Positions 48,201-63,200 of a DNA stretch of 64,000 nucleotides are shown here, piece by piece. How positions within the stretch are numbered: the stretch's first letter is position 1; each line of letters starts with the position of its first letter. Both the position numbers and the translations under genes were made by a program. This stretch comes from Auanema rhodensis (Eukaryota > Animalia > Nematoda). The notes beneath the pieces are model-generated. The model worked only from the letters and a program-made list of their open reading frames with translations, did no database searches and had not been told where the DNA came from. The stretch lies in contig OZ059896.1 of assembly GCA_964057225.1 (NCBI GenBank), positions 5,642,001 through 5,706,000 of the forward strand, in the 5' to 3' direction.

Positions 48201-51200
48201 TACGCAGCTTAAAATTCCGCATCGAATGCACTAAACTACATTGAGAAAAGCTTAATACAAAAATTAGTTATGATCGTTTGAAAAATGATGCATTAGTGTA
48301 TGTTGAGTTTCCATGTACACTCAAAATTGCTTCCAAAAACATTTTGACAAAACTTTTTTCGAAAAATTTCAAAATAATTTAGCAAAAAGTAGATGTTTTT
48401 AGATTCCTTTTTTCAAGGCAAAAACGATGGACAATGTTATTCAACGAAAAAATTAATTCTTCAGGGTGAAAATCGAGGATATAGGTGTGAACTTATATCA
48501 GTTGATATCTCGGTGCATTTTCAAGCTAGCGCAAATCTGATAGTACAGATCGACGCAGCTTAAAAATCCGCATCGAATGCACTATACTACATTGAGAAAC
48601 GCTTAATACAAAAATTAGTTATGATCGTTTGAAAAATGATGCATTAGTGTATGTTGAGTTTCCATGTACACTCAAAATTGCTTCCAAAAACATTTTGACA
48701 AAAATTTTTTCGAAAAATTTCAAGATAATTTAGCAAAAAGTAGATGTTTTTAGATTCCTTTTTTCAAGGCAAAAACGATGGACAATGTTATTCAACGAAA
48801 AAATTAATTCTTCAGGGTGAAAATCGAGGATATAAGTGTGAACTTATATCAGTTGATATCTCGGTGCATTTTTAAGCTAGCGCAAATCTGATAACACAGA
48901 TCTACGCAGCTTAAAAATCCGCATCGAATGCACTAAACTACATTGAGAAAAGCTTAATACAAAAATTAGTTATGATCGTTTGAAAAATGATGCACTAGTG
49001 TATGTTGAGTTTCCATGTACACTCAAAATTGCTTCCAAAAACATTTTGACAAAAATTTTTTCCAAAAATTTCAAAATAATTTAGCAAAAAGTAGATGTTT
49101 TTAGATTCCTTTTTTCAAGGCAAAAACGATGGACAATGTAATTCAACGAAAAAATTAATTCTTCAGTGTGAAAATCGAGGATATAAGTGTGAACTTATAT
49201 CAGTTGATATCTCGGTGCATTTTCAAGCTAGCGCAAATCTGATAGTACAGATCGACGCAGCTTAAAAATCCGCATCGAATGCACTATACTACATTGAGAA
49301 ACGCTTAGTACAAAAATTAGTTATGATCGTTTGAAAAATGATGCATTAGTGTATGTTGAGTTTCCATGTACACTCAAAATTGCTTCCAAAAACATTTTGA
49401 CAAAACTTTTTTCGAAAAATTTCAAAATAATTTAGCAAAAAGTAGATGTTTCTAGATTTCTTTTTTCAAGGCAAAAACGATGGACAATGTTATTCAACGA
49501 AAAAATTAATTCTTCAGGGTGAAAATCGAGGATATAAGTGTGAACTTATATCAGTTGATATCTCGGTGCATTTTTAAGCTAGCGCAAATCTGATAACACA
49601 GATCTACGCAGCTTAAAAATCCGCATCGAATGCACTAAACTACATTGAGAAAAGCTTAATACAAAAATTAGTTATGATCGTTTGAAAAATGATGCACTAG
49701 TGTATGTTGAGTTTCCATGTACACTCAAAATTGCTTCCAAAAACATTTTGACAAAAATTTTTTCCAAAAATTTCAAAATAATTTAGCAAAAAGTAGATGT
49801 TTTTAGATTCCTTTTTTCAAGGCAAAAACGATGGACAATGTTATTCAACGAAAAAATTAATTCTTCAGGGTGAAAATCGAGTATATAAGTGTGAACTTAT
49901 ATCAGTTGATATCTCGGTGCATTTTCAAGCTAGCGCAAATCTGATAGTACAGATCGACGCAGCTTAAAAATCCGCATCGAATGCACTATACTACATTGAG
50001 AAACGCTTAATACAAAAATTAGTCATGATCGTTTGAAAAATGATGCATTAGTGTATGTTGAGTTTCCATGTACACTCAAAATTGCTTCCAAAAACATTTT
50101 GACAAAAATTTTTTCGAAAAATTTCAAGATAATTTAGCAAAAAGTAGATGTTTTTAGATTCCTTTTTTCAAGGCAAAAACGATGGACAATGTTATTCAAC
50201 GAAAAAATTAATTCTTCAGGGTGAAAATCGAGGATATAGGTGTGAACTTATATCAGTTGATATCTCGGTGCATTTTTAAGCTAGCGCAAATCTGATAACA
50301 CAGATCTACGCAGCTTAAAAATCCGCATCGAATGCACTAAACTACATTGAGAAAAGCTTAATACAAAAATTAGTTATGATCGTTTGAAAAATGATGCATT
50401 AGTGTATGTTGAGTTTCCATGTACACTCAAAATTGCTTCCAAAAACATTTTGACAAAACTTTTTTCGAAAAATTTCAAAATAATTTAGCAAAAAGTAGAT
50501 GTTTCTAGATTTCTTTTTTCAAGGCAAAAACGATGGACAATGTTATTCAACGAAAAAATTAATTCTTCAGGGTGAAAATCGAGGATATAAGTGTGAACTT
50601 ATATCAGTTGATATCTCGGTGCATTTTTAAGCTAGCGCAAATCTGATAACACAGATCTACGCAGCTTAAAAATCCGCATCGAATGCACTAAACTACATTG
50701 AGAAAAGCTTAATACAAAAATTAGTTATGATCGTTTGAAAAATGATGCACTAGTGTATGTTGAGTTTCCATGTACACTCAAAATTGCTTCCAAAAACATT
50801 TTGACAAAAATTTTTTCCAAAAATTTCAAAATAATTTAGCAAAAAGTAGATGTTTTTAGATTCCTTTTTTCAAGGCAAAAACGATGGACAATGTTATTCA
50901 ACGAAAAAATTAATTCTTCAGGGTGAAAATCGAGTATATAAGTGTGAACTTATATCAGTTGATATCTCGGTGCATTTTCAAGCTAGCGCAAATCTGATAG
51001 TACAGATCGACGCAGCTTAAAAATCCGCATCGAATGCACTATACTACATTGAGAAACGCTTAATACAAAAATTAGTCATGATCGTTTGAAAAATGATGCA
51101 TTAGTGTATGTTGAGTTTCCATGTACACTCAAAATTGCTTCCAAAAACATTTTGACAAAAATTTTTTCGAAAAATTTCAAGATAATTTAGCAAAAAGTAG

Positions 51201-54200
51201 ATGTTTTTAGATTCCTTTTTTCAAGGCAAAAACGATGGACAATGTTATTCAACGAAAAAATTAATTCTTCAGGGTGAAAATCGAGGATATAGGTGTGAAC
51301 TTATATCAGTTGATATCTCGGTGCATTTTTAAGCTAGCGCAAATCTGATAACACAGATCTACGCAGCTTAAAAATCCGCATCGAATGCACTAAACTACAT
51401 TGAGAAAAGCTTAATACAAAAATTAGTTATGATCGTTTGAAAAATGATGCATTAGTGTATGTTGAGTTTCCATGTACACTCAAAATTGCTTCCAAAAACA
51501 TTTTGACAAAACTTTTTTCGAAAAATTTCAAAATAATTTAGCAAAAAGTAGATGTTTTTAGATTCCTTTTTTCAAGGCAAAAACGATGGACAATGTTATT
51601 CAACGAAAAAATTAATTCTTCAGGGTGAAAATCGAGGATATAGGTGTGAACTTATATCAGTTGATATCTCGGTGCATTTTCAAGCTAGCGCAAATCTGAT
51701 AGTACAGATCGACGCAGCTTAAAAATCCGCATCGAATGCACTATACTACATTGAGAAACGCTCAATACAAAAATTAGTTATGATCGTTTGAAAAATGATG
51801 CATTAGTGTATGTTGAGTTTCCATGTACACTCAAAATTGCTTCCAAAAACATTTTGACAAAAATTTTTTCGAAAAATTTCAAGATAATTTAGCAAAAAGT
51901 AGATGTTTTTAGATTCCTTTTTTCAAGGCAAAAACGATGGACAATGTTATTCAACGAAAAAATTAATTCTTCAGGGTGAAAATCGAGGATATAAGTGTGA
52001 ACTTATATCAGTTGATATCTCGGTGCATTTTTAAGCTAGCGCAAATCTGATAACACAGATCTACGCAGCTTAAAAATCCGCATCGAATGCACTAAACTAC
52101 ATTGAGAAAAGCTTAATACAAAAATTAGTTATGATCGTTTGAAAAATGATGCACTAGTGTATGTTGAGTTTCCATGTACACTCAAAATTGCTTCCAAAAA
52201 CATTTTGACAAAAATTTTTTCCAAAAATTTCAAAATAATTTAGCAAAAAGTAGATGTTTTTAGATTGCTTTTTTCAAGGCAAAAACGATGGACAATGTAA
52301 TTCAACGAAAAAATTAATTCTTCAGGGTGAAAATCGAGGATATAAGTGTGAACTTATATCAGTTGATATCTCGGTGCATTTTCAAGCTAGCGCAAATCTG
52401 ATAGTACAGATCGACGCAGCTTAAAAATCCGCATCGAATGCACTATACTACATTGAGAAACGCTTAGTACAAAAATTAGTTATGATCGTTTGAAAAATGA
52501 TGCATTAGTGTATGTTGAGTTTCCATGTACACTCAAAATTGCTTCCAAAAACATTTTGACAAAAATTTTTTCGAAAAATTTCAAGATAATTTAGCAAAAA
52601 GTAGATGTTTTTAGATTCCTTTTTTCAAGGCAAAAACGATGGACAATGTTATTCAACGAAAAAATTAATTCTTCAGGGTGAAAATCGAGGATATAGGTGT
52701 GAACTTATATCAGTTGATATCTCGGTGCATTTTTAAGCTAGCGCAAATCTGATAACACAGATCTACGCAGCTTAAAATTCCGCATCGAATGCACTAAACT
52801 ACATTGAGAAAAGCTTAATACAAAAATTAGTTATGATCGTTTGAAAAATGATGCATTAGTGTATGTTGAGTTTCCATGTACACTCAAAATTGCTTCCAAA
52901 AACATTTTGACAAAACTTTTTTCGAAAAATTTCAAAATAATTTAGCAAAAAGTAGATGTTTTTAGATTCCTTTTTTCAAGGCAAAAACGATGGACAATGT
53001 TATTCAACGAAAAAATTAATTCTTCAGGGTGAAAATCGAGGATATAAGTGTGAACTTATATCAGTTGATATCTCGGTGCATTTTCAAGCTAGCGCAAATC
53101 TGATAGTACAGATCGACGCAGCTTAAAAATCCGCATCGAATGCACTAAACTACATTGAGAAAAGCTTAATACAAAAATTAGTTATGATCGTTTGAAAAAT
53201 GATGCATTAGTGTATGTTGAGTTTCCATGTACACTCAAAATTGCTTCCAAAAACATTTTGACAAAACTTTTTTCGAAAAATTTCAAAATAATTTAGCAAA
53301 AAGTAGATGTTTTTAGATTCCTTTTTTCAAGGCAAAAACGATGGACAATGTTATTCAACGAAAAAATTAATTCTTCAGGGTGAAAATCGAGGATATAGGT
53401 GTGAACTTATATCAGTTGATATCTCGGTGCATTTTCAAGCTAGCGCAAATCTGATAGTACAGATCGACGCAGCTTAAAAATCCGCATCGAATGCACTATA
53501 CTACATTGAGAAACGCTTAATACAAAAATTAGTTATGATCGTTTGAAAAATGATGCATTAGTGTATGTTGAGTTTCCATGTACACTCAAAATTGCTTCCA
53601 AAAACATTTTGACAAAAATTTTTTCGAAAAATTTCAAGATAATTTAGCAAAAAGTAGATGTTTTTAGATTCCTTTTTTCAAGGCAAAAACGATGGACAAT
53701 GTTATTCAACGAAAAAATTAATTCTTCAGGGTGAAAATCGAGGATATAAGTGTGAACTTATATCAGTTGATATCTCGGTGCATTTTAAGCTAGCGCAAAT
53801 CTGATAACACAGATCTACGCAGCTTAAAAATCCGCATCGAATGCACTAAACTACATTGAGAAAAGCTTAATACAAAAATTAGTTATGATCGTTTGAAAAA
53901 TGATGCACTAGTGTATGTTGAGTTTCCATGTACACTCAAAATTGCTTCCAAAAACATTTTGACAAAAATTTTTTCCAAAAATTTCAAAATAATTTAGCAA
54001 AAAGTAGATGTTTTTAGATTGCTTTTTTCAAGGCAAAAACGATGGACAATGTAATTCAACGAAAAAATTAATTCTTCAGGGTGAAAATCGAGGATATAAG
54101 TGTGAACTTATATCAGTTGATATCTCGGTGCATTTTCAAGCTAGCGCAAATCTGATAGTACAGATCGACGCAGCTTAAAAATCCGCATCGAATGCACTAT

Positions 54201-57200
54201 ACTACATTGAGAAACGCTTAGTACAAAAATTAGTTATGATCGTTTGAAAAATGATGCATTAGTGTATGTTGAGTTTCCATGTACACTCAAAATTGCTTCC
54301 AAAAACATTTTGACAAAAATTTTTTCGAAAAATTTCAAGATAATTTAGCAAAAAGTAGATGTTTTTAGATTCCTTTTTTCAAGGCAAAAACGATGGACAA
54401 TGTTATTCAACGAAAAAATTAATTCTTCAGGGTGAAAATCGAGGATATAGGTGTGAACTTATATCAGTTGATATCTCGGTGCATTTTTAAGCTAGCGCAA
54501 ATCTGATAACACAGATCTACGCAGCTTAAAATTCCGCATCGAATGCACTAAACTACATTGAGAAAAGCTTAATACAAAAATTAGTTATGATCGTTTGAAA
54601 AATGATGCATTAGTGTATGTTGAGTTTCCATGTACACTCAAAATTGCTTCCAAAAACATTTTGACAAAACTTTTTTCGAAAAATTTCAAAATAATTTAGC
54701 AAAAAGTAGATGTTTTTAGATTCCTTTTTTCAAGGCAAAAACGATGGACAATGTTATTCAACGAAAAAATTAATTCTTCAGGGTGAAAATCGAAGATATA
54801 GGTGTGAACTTATATCAGTTGATATCTCGGTGCATTTTCAAGCTAGCGCAAATCTGATAGTACAGATCGACGCAGCTTAAAAATCCGCATCGAATGCACT
54901 ATACTACATTGAGAAACGCTTAATACAAAAATTAGTTATGATCGTTTGAAAAATGATGCATTAGTGTATGTTGAGTTTCCATGTACACTCAAAATTGCTT
55001 CCAAAAACATTTTGACAAAAATTTTTTCGAAAAATTTCAAGATAATTTAGCAAAAAGTAGATGTTTTTAGATTCCTTTTTTCAAGGCAAAAACGATGGAC
55101 AATGTTATTCAACGAAAAAATTAATTCTTCAGGGTGAAAATCGAGGATATAAGTGTGAACTTATATCAGTTGATATCTCGGTGCATTTTTAAGCTAGCGC
55201 AAATCTGATAACACAGATCTACGCAGCTTAAAAATCCGCATCGAATGCACTAAACTACATTGAGAAAAGCTTAATACAAAAATTAGTTATGATCGTTTGA
55301 AAAATGATGCACTAGTGTATGTTGAGTTTCCATGTACACTCAAAATTGCTTCCAAAAACATTTTGACAAAAATTTTTTCCAAAAATTTCAAAATAATTTA
55401 GCAAAAAGTAGATGTTTTTAGATTCCTTTTTTCAAGGCAAAAACGATGGACAATGTAATTCAACGAAAAAATTAATTCTTCAGGGTGAAAATCGAGGATA
55501 TAGGTGTGAACTTATATCAGTTGATATCTCGGTGCATTTTCAAGCTAGCGCAAATCTGATAGTACAGATCGACGCAGCTTAAAAATCCGCATCGAATGCA
55601 CTATACTACATTGAGAAACGCTTAGTACAAAAATTAGTTATGATCGTTTGAAAAATGATGCATTAGTGTATGTTGAGTTTCCATGTACACTCAAAATTGC
55701 TTCCAAAAACATTTTGACAAAACTTTTTTCGAAAAATTTCAAAATAATTTAGCAAAAAGTAGATGTTTCTAGATTTCTTTTTTCAAGGCAAAAACGATGG
55801 ACAATGTTATTCAACGAAAAAATTAATTCTTCAGGGTGAAAATCGAGGATATAAGTGTGAACTTATATCAGTTGATATCTCGGTGCATTTTTAAGCTAGC
55901 GCAAATCTGATAACACAGATCTACGCAGCTTAAAAATCCGCATCGAATGCACTAAACTACATTGAGAAAAGCTTAATACAAAAATTAGTTATGATCGTTT
56001 GAAAAATGATGCACTAGTGTATGTTGAGTTTCCATGTACACTCAAAATTGCTTCCAAAAACATTTTGACAAAAATTTTTTCCAAAAATTTCAAAATAATT
56101 TAGCAAAAAGTAGATGTTTTTAGATTCCTTTTTTCAAGGCAAAAACGATGGACAATGTTATTCAACGAAAAAATTAATTCTTCAGGGTGAAAATCGAGTA
56201 TATAAGTGTGAACTTATATCAGTTGATATCTCGGTGCATTTTCAAGCTAGCGCAAATCTGATAGTACAGATCGACGCAGCTTAAAAATCCGCATCGAATG
56301 CACTATACTACATTGAGAAACGCTTAATACAAAAATTAGTCATGATCGTTTGAAAAATGATGCATTAGTGTATGTTGAGTTTCCATGTACACTCAAAATT
56401 GCTTCCAAAAACATTTTGACAAAAATTTTTTCGAAAAATTTCAAGATAATTTAGCAAAAAGTAGATGTTTTTAGATTCCTTTTTTCAAGGCAAAAACGAT
56501 GGACAATGTTATTCAACGAAAAAATTAATTCTTCAGGGTGAAAATCGAGGATATAGGTGTGAACTTATATCAGTTGATATCTCGGTGCATTTTTAAGCTA
56601 GCGCAAATCTGATAACACAGATCTACGCAGCTTAAAAATCCGCATCGAATGCACTAAACTACATTGAGAAAAGCTTAATACAAAAATTAGTTATGATCGT
56701 TTGAAAAATGATGCATTAGTGTATGTTGAGTTTCCATGTACACTCAAAATTGCTTCCAAAAACATTTTGACAAAACTTTTTTCGAAAAATTTCAAAATAA
56801 TTTAGCAAAAAGTAGATGTTTTTAGATTCCTTTTTTCAAGGCAAAAACGATGGACAATGTTATTCAACGAAAAAATTAATTCTTCAGGGTGAAAATCGAG
56901 GATATAGGTGTGAACTTATATCAGTTGATATCTCGGTGCATTTTCAAGCTAGCGCAAATCTGATAGTACAGATCGACGCAGCTTAAAAATCCGCATCGAA
57001 TGCACTATACTACATTGAGAAACGCTCAATACAAAAATTAGTTATGATCGTTTGAAAAATGATGCATTAGTGTATGTTGAGTTTCCATGTACACTCAAAA
57101 TTGCTTCCAAAAACATTTTGACAAAAATTTTTTCGAAAAATTTCAAGATAATTTAGCAAAAAGTAGATGTTTTTAGATTCCTTTTTTCAAGGCAAAAACG

Positions 57201-60200
57201 ATGGACAATGTTATTCAACGAAAAAATTAATTCTTCAGGGTGAAAATCGAGGATATAAGTGTGAACTTATATCAGTTGATATCTCGGTGCATTTTTAAGC
57301 TAGCGCAAATCTGATAACACAGATCTACGCAGCTTAAAAATCCGCATCGAATGCACTAAACTACATTGAGAAAAGCTTAATACAAAAATTAGTTATGATC
57401 GTTTGAAAAATGATGCACTAGTGTATGTTGAGTTTCCATGTACACTCAAAATTGCTTCCAAAAACATTTTGACAAAAATTTTTTCCAAAAATTTCAAAAT
57501 AATTTAGCAAAAAGTAGATGTTTTTAGATTGCTTTTTTCAAGGCAAAAACGATGGACAATGTTATTCAACGAAAAAATTAATTCTTCAGGGTGAAAATCG
57601 AGGATATAAGTGTGAACTTATATCAGTTGATATCTCGGTGCATTTTTAAGCTAGCGCAAATCTGATAACACAGATCTACGCAGCTTAAAAATCCGCATCG
57701 AATGCACTAAACTACATTGAGAAAAGCTTAATACAAAAATTAGTTATGATCGTTTGAAAAATGATGCACTAGTGTATGTTGAGTTTCCATGTACACTCAA
57801 AATTGCTTCCAAAAACATTTTGACAAAAATTTTTTCCAAAAATTTCAAAATAATTTAGCAAAAAGTAGATGTTTTTAGATTGCTTTTTTCAAGGCAAAAA
57901 CGATGGACAATGTAATTCAACGAAAAAATTAATTCTTCAGGGTGAAAATCGAGGATATAAGTGTGAACTTATATCAGTTGATATCTCGGTGCATTTTCAA
58001 GCTAGCGCAAATCTGATAGTACAGATCGACGCAGCTTAAAAATCCGCATCGAATGCACTATACTACATTGAGAAACGCTTAGTACAAAAATTAGTTATGA
58101 TCGTTTGAAAAATGATGCATTAGTGTATGTTGAGTTTCCATGTACACTCAAAATTGCTTCCAAAAACATTTTGACAAAAATTTTTTCGAAAAATTTCAAG
58201 ATAATTTAGCAAAAAGTAGATGTTTTTAGATTCCTTTTTTCAAGGCAAAAACGATGGACAATGTTATTCAACGAAAAAATTAATTCTTCAGGGTGAAAAT
58301 CGAGGATATAGGTGTGAACTTATATCAGTTGATATCTCGGTGCATTTTTAAGCTAGCGCAAATCTGATAACACAGATCTACGCAGCTTAAAATTCCGCAT
58401 CGAATGCACTAAACTACATTGAGAAAAGCTTAATACAAAAATTAGTTATGATCGTTTGAAAAATGATGCATTAGTGTATGTTGAGTTTCCATGTACACTC
58501 AAAATTGCTTCCAAAAACATTTTGACAAAACTTTTTTCGAAAAATTTCAAAATAATTTAGCAAAAAGTAGATGTTTTTAGATTCCTTTTTTCAAGGCAAA
58601 AACGATGGACAATGTTATTCAACGAAAAAATTAATTCTTCAGGGTGAAAATCGAGGATATAGGTGTGAACTTATATCAGTTGATATCTCGGTGCATTTTC
58701 AAGCTAGCGCAAATCTGATAGTACAGATCGACGCAGCTTAAAAATCCGCATCGAATGCACTATACTACATTGAGAAACGCTTAATACAAAAATTAGTTAT
58801 GATCGTTTGAAAAATGATGCATTAGTGTATGTTGAGTTTCCATGTACACTCAAAATTGCTTTCAAAAACATTTTGACAAAAATTTTTTCGAAAAATTTCA
58901 AGATAATTTAGCAAAAAGTAGATGTTTTTAGATTCCTTTTTTCAAGGCAAAAACGATGGACAATGTTATTCAACGAAAAAATTAATTCTTCAGGGTGAAA
59001 ATCGAGGATATAAGTGTGAACTTATATCAGTTGATATCTCGGTGCATTTTTAAGCTAGCGCAAATCTGATAACACAGATCTACGCAGCTTAAAAATCCGC
59101 ATCGAATGCACTAAACTACATTGAGAAAAGCTTAATACAAAAATTAGTTATGATCGTTTGAAAAATGATGCACTAGTGTATGTTGAGTTTCCATGTACAC
59201 TCAAAATTGCTTCCAAAAACATTTTGACAAAAATTTTTTCGAAAAATTTCAAAATAATTTAGCAAAAAGTAGATGTTTTTAGATTGCTTTTTTCAAGGCA
59301 AAAACGATGGACAATGTTATTCAACGAAAAAATTAATTCTTCAGGGTGAAAATCGAGGATATAGGTGTGAACTTATATCAGTTGATATCTCGGTGCATTT
59401 TCAAGCTAGCGCAAATCTGATAGTACAGATCGACGCAGCTTAAAAATCCGCATCGAATGCACTATACTACATTGAGAAACGCTTAATACAAAAATTAGTT
59501 ATGATCGTTTGAAAAATGATGCATTAGTGTATGTTGAGTTTCCATGTACACTCAAAATTGCTTTCAAAAACATTTTGACAAAAATTTTTTCGAAAAATTT
59601 CAAGATAATTTAGCAAAAAGTAGATGTTTTTAGATTCCTTTTTTCAAGGCAAAAACGATGGACAATGTTATTCAACGAAAAAATTAATTCTTCAGGGTGA
59701 AAATCGAGGATATAAGTGTGAACTTATATCAGTTGATATCTCGGTGCATTTTTAAGCTAGCGCAAATCTGATAACACAGATCTACGCAGCTTAAAAATCC
59801 GCATCGAATGCACTAAACTACATTGAGAAAAGCTTAATACAAAAATTAGTTATGATCGTTTGAAAAATGATGCACTAGTGTATGTTGAGTTTCCATGTAC
59901 ACTCAAAATTGCTTCCAAAAACATTTTGACAAAAATTTTTTCCAAAAATTTCAAAATAATTTAGCAAAAAGTAGATGTTTTTAGATTGCTTTTTTCAAGG
60001 CAAAAACGATGGACAATGTAATTCAACGAAAAAATTAATTCTTCAGGGTGAAAATCGAGGATATAAGTGTGAACTTATATCAGTTGATATCTCGGTGCAT
60101 TTTCAAGCTAGCGCAAATCTGATAGTACAGATCGACGCAGCTTAAAAATCCGCATCGAATGCACTATACTACATTGAGAAACGCTTAGTACAAAAATTAG

Positions 60201-63200
60201 TTATGATCGTTTGAAAAATGATGCATTAGTGTATGTTGAGTTTCCATGTACACTCAAAATTGCTTCCAAAAACATTTTGACAAAAATTTTTTCGAAAAAT
60301 TTCAAGATAATTTAGCAAAAAGTAGATGTTTTTAGATTCCTTTTTTCAAGGCAAAAACGATGGACAATGTTATTCAACGAAAAAATTAATTCTTCAGGGT
60401 GAAAATCGAGGATATAGGTGTGAACTTATATCAGTTGATATCTCGGTGCATTTTTAAGCTAGCGCAAATCTGATAACACAGATCTACGCAGCTTAAAATT
60501 CCGCATCGAATGCACTAAACTACATTGAGAAAAGCTTAATACAAAAATTAGTTATGATCGTTTGAAAAATGATGCATTAGTGTATGTTGAGTTTCCATGT
60601 ACACTCAAAATTGCTTCCAAAAACATTTTGACAAAACTTTTTTCGAAAAATTTCAAAATAATTTAGCAAAAAGTAGATGTTTTTAGATTCCTTTTTTCAA
60701 GGCAAAAACGATGGACAATGTTATTCAACGAAAAAATTAATTCTTCAGGGTGAAAATCGAGGATATAGGTGTGAACTTATATCAGTTGATATCTCGGTGC
60801 ATTTTCAAGCTAGCGCAAATCTGATAGTACAGATCGACGCAGCTTAAAAATCCGCATCGAATGCACTATACTACATTGAGAAACGCTTAATACAAAAATT
60901 AGTTATGATCGTTTGAAAAATGATGCATTAGTGTATGTTGAGTTTCCATGTACACTCAAAATTGCTTTCAAAAACATTTTGACAAAAATTTTTTCGAAAA
61001 ATTTCAAGATAATTTAGCAAAAAGTAGATGTTTTTAGATTCCTTTTTTCAAGGCAAAAACGATGGACAATGTTATTCAACGAAAAAATTAATTCTTCAGG
61101 GTGAAAATCGAGGATATAAGTGTGAACTTATATCAGTTGATATCTCGGTGCATTTTTAAGCTAGCGCAAATCTGATAACACAGATCTACGCAGCTTAAAA
61201 ATCCGCATCGAATGCACTAAACTACATTGAGAAAAGCTTAATACAAAAATTAGTTATGATCGTTTGAAAAATGATGCACTAGTGTATGTTGAGTTTCCAT
61301 GTACACTCAAAATTGCTTCCAAAAACATTTTGACAAAAATTTTTTCCAAAAATTTCAAAATAATTTAGCAAAAAGTAGATGTTTTTAGATTGCTTTTTTC
61401 AAGGCAAAAACGATGGACAATGTAATTCAACGAAAAAATTAATTCTTCAGGGTGAAAATCGAGGATATAAGTGTGAACTTATATCAGTTGATATCTCGGT
61501 GCATTTTCAAGCTAGCGCAAATCTGATAGTACAGATCGACGCAGCTTAAAAATCCGCATCGAATGCACTATACTACATTGAGAAACGCTTAGTACAAAAA
61601 TTAGTTATGATCGTTTGAAAAATGATGCATTAGTGTATGTTGAGTTTCCATGTACACTCAAAATTGCTTCCAAAAACATTTTGACAAAACTTTTTTCGAA
61701 AAATTTCAAAATGATTTAGCAAAAAGTAGATGTCTCTAGATTTCTTTTTTCAAGGCAAAAACGATGGACAATGTTATTCAACGAAAAAATTAATTCTTCA
61801 GGGTGAAAATCGAGGATATAAGTGTGAACTTATATCAGTTGATATCTCGGTGCATTTTTAAGCTAGCGCAAATCTGATAAAACAGATCTACGCAGCTTAA
61901 AAATCCGCATCGAATGCACTAAACTACATTGAGAAAAGCTTAATACAAAAATTAGTTATGATCGTTTGAAAAATGATGCACTAGTGTATGTTGAGTTTCC
62001 ATGTACACTCAAAATTGCTTCCAAAAACATTTTGACAAAAATTTTTTCCAAAAATTTCAGAATAATTTAGCAAAAAGTAGATGTTTTTAGATTCCTTTTT
62101 TCAAGGCAAAAACGATGGACAATGTTATTCAACGAAAAAATTAATTCTTCAGGGTGAAAATCGAGGATATAAGTGTGAACTTATATCAGTTGATATCTCG
62201 GTGCATTTTCAAGCTAGCGCAAATCTGATAGTACAGATCGACGCAGCTTAAAAATCCGCATCGAATGCACTATACTACATTGAGAAACGCTTAATACAAA
62301 AATTAGTCATGATCGTTTGAAAAATGATGCATTAGTGTATGTTGAGTTTCCATGTACACTCAAAATTGCTTCCAAAAACATTTTGACAAAAATTTTTTCG
62401 AAAAATTTCAAGATAATTTAGCAAAAAGTAGATGTTTTTAGATTCCTTTTTTCAAGGCAAAAACGATGGACAATGTTATTCAACGAAAAAATTAATTCTT
62501 CAGGGTGAAAATCGAGGATATAGGTGTGAACTTATATCAGTTGATATCTCGGTGCATTTTTAAGCTAGCGCAAATCTGATAACACAGATCTACGCAGCTT
62601 AAAAATCCGCATCGAATGCACTAAACTACATTGAGAAAAGCTTAATACAAAAATTAGTTATGATCGTTTGAAAAATGATGCATTAGTGTATGTTGAGTTT
62701 CCATGTACACTCAAAATTGCTTCCAAAAACATTTTGACAAAACTTTTTTCGAAAAATTTCAAAATAATTTAGCAAAAAGTAGATGTTTTTAGATTCCTTT
62801 TTTCAAGGCAAAAACGATGGACAATGTTATTCAACGAAAAAATTAATTCTTCAGGGTGAAAATCGAGGATATAGGTGTGAACTTATATCAGTTGATATCT
62901 CGGTGCATTTTCAAGCTAGCGCAAATCTGATAGTACAGATCGACGCAGCTTAAAAATCCGCATCGAATGCACTATACTACATTGAGAAACGCTTAATACA
63001 AAAATTAGTTATGATCGTTTGAAAAATGATGCATTAGTGTATGTTGAGTTTCCATGTACACTCAAAATTGCTTCCAAAAACATTTTGACAAAAATTTTTT
63101 CGAAAAATTTCAAGATAATTTAGCAAAAAGTAGATGTTTTTAGATTCCTTTTTTCAAGGCAAAAACGATGGACAATGTTATTCAACGAAAAAATTAATTC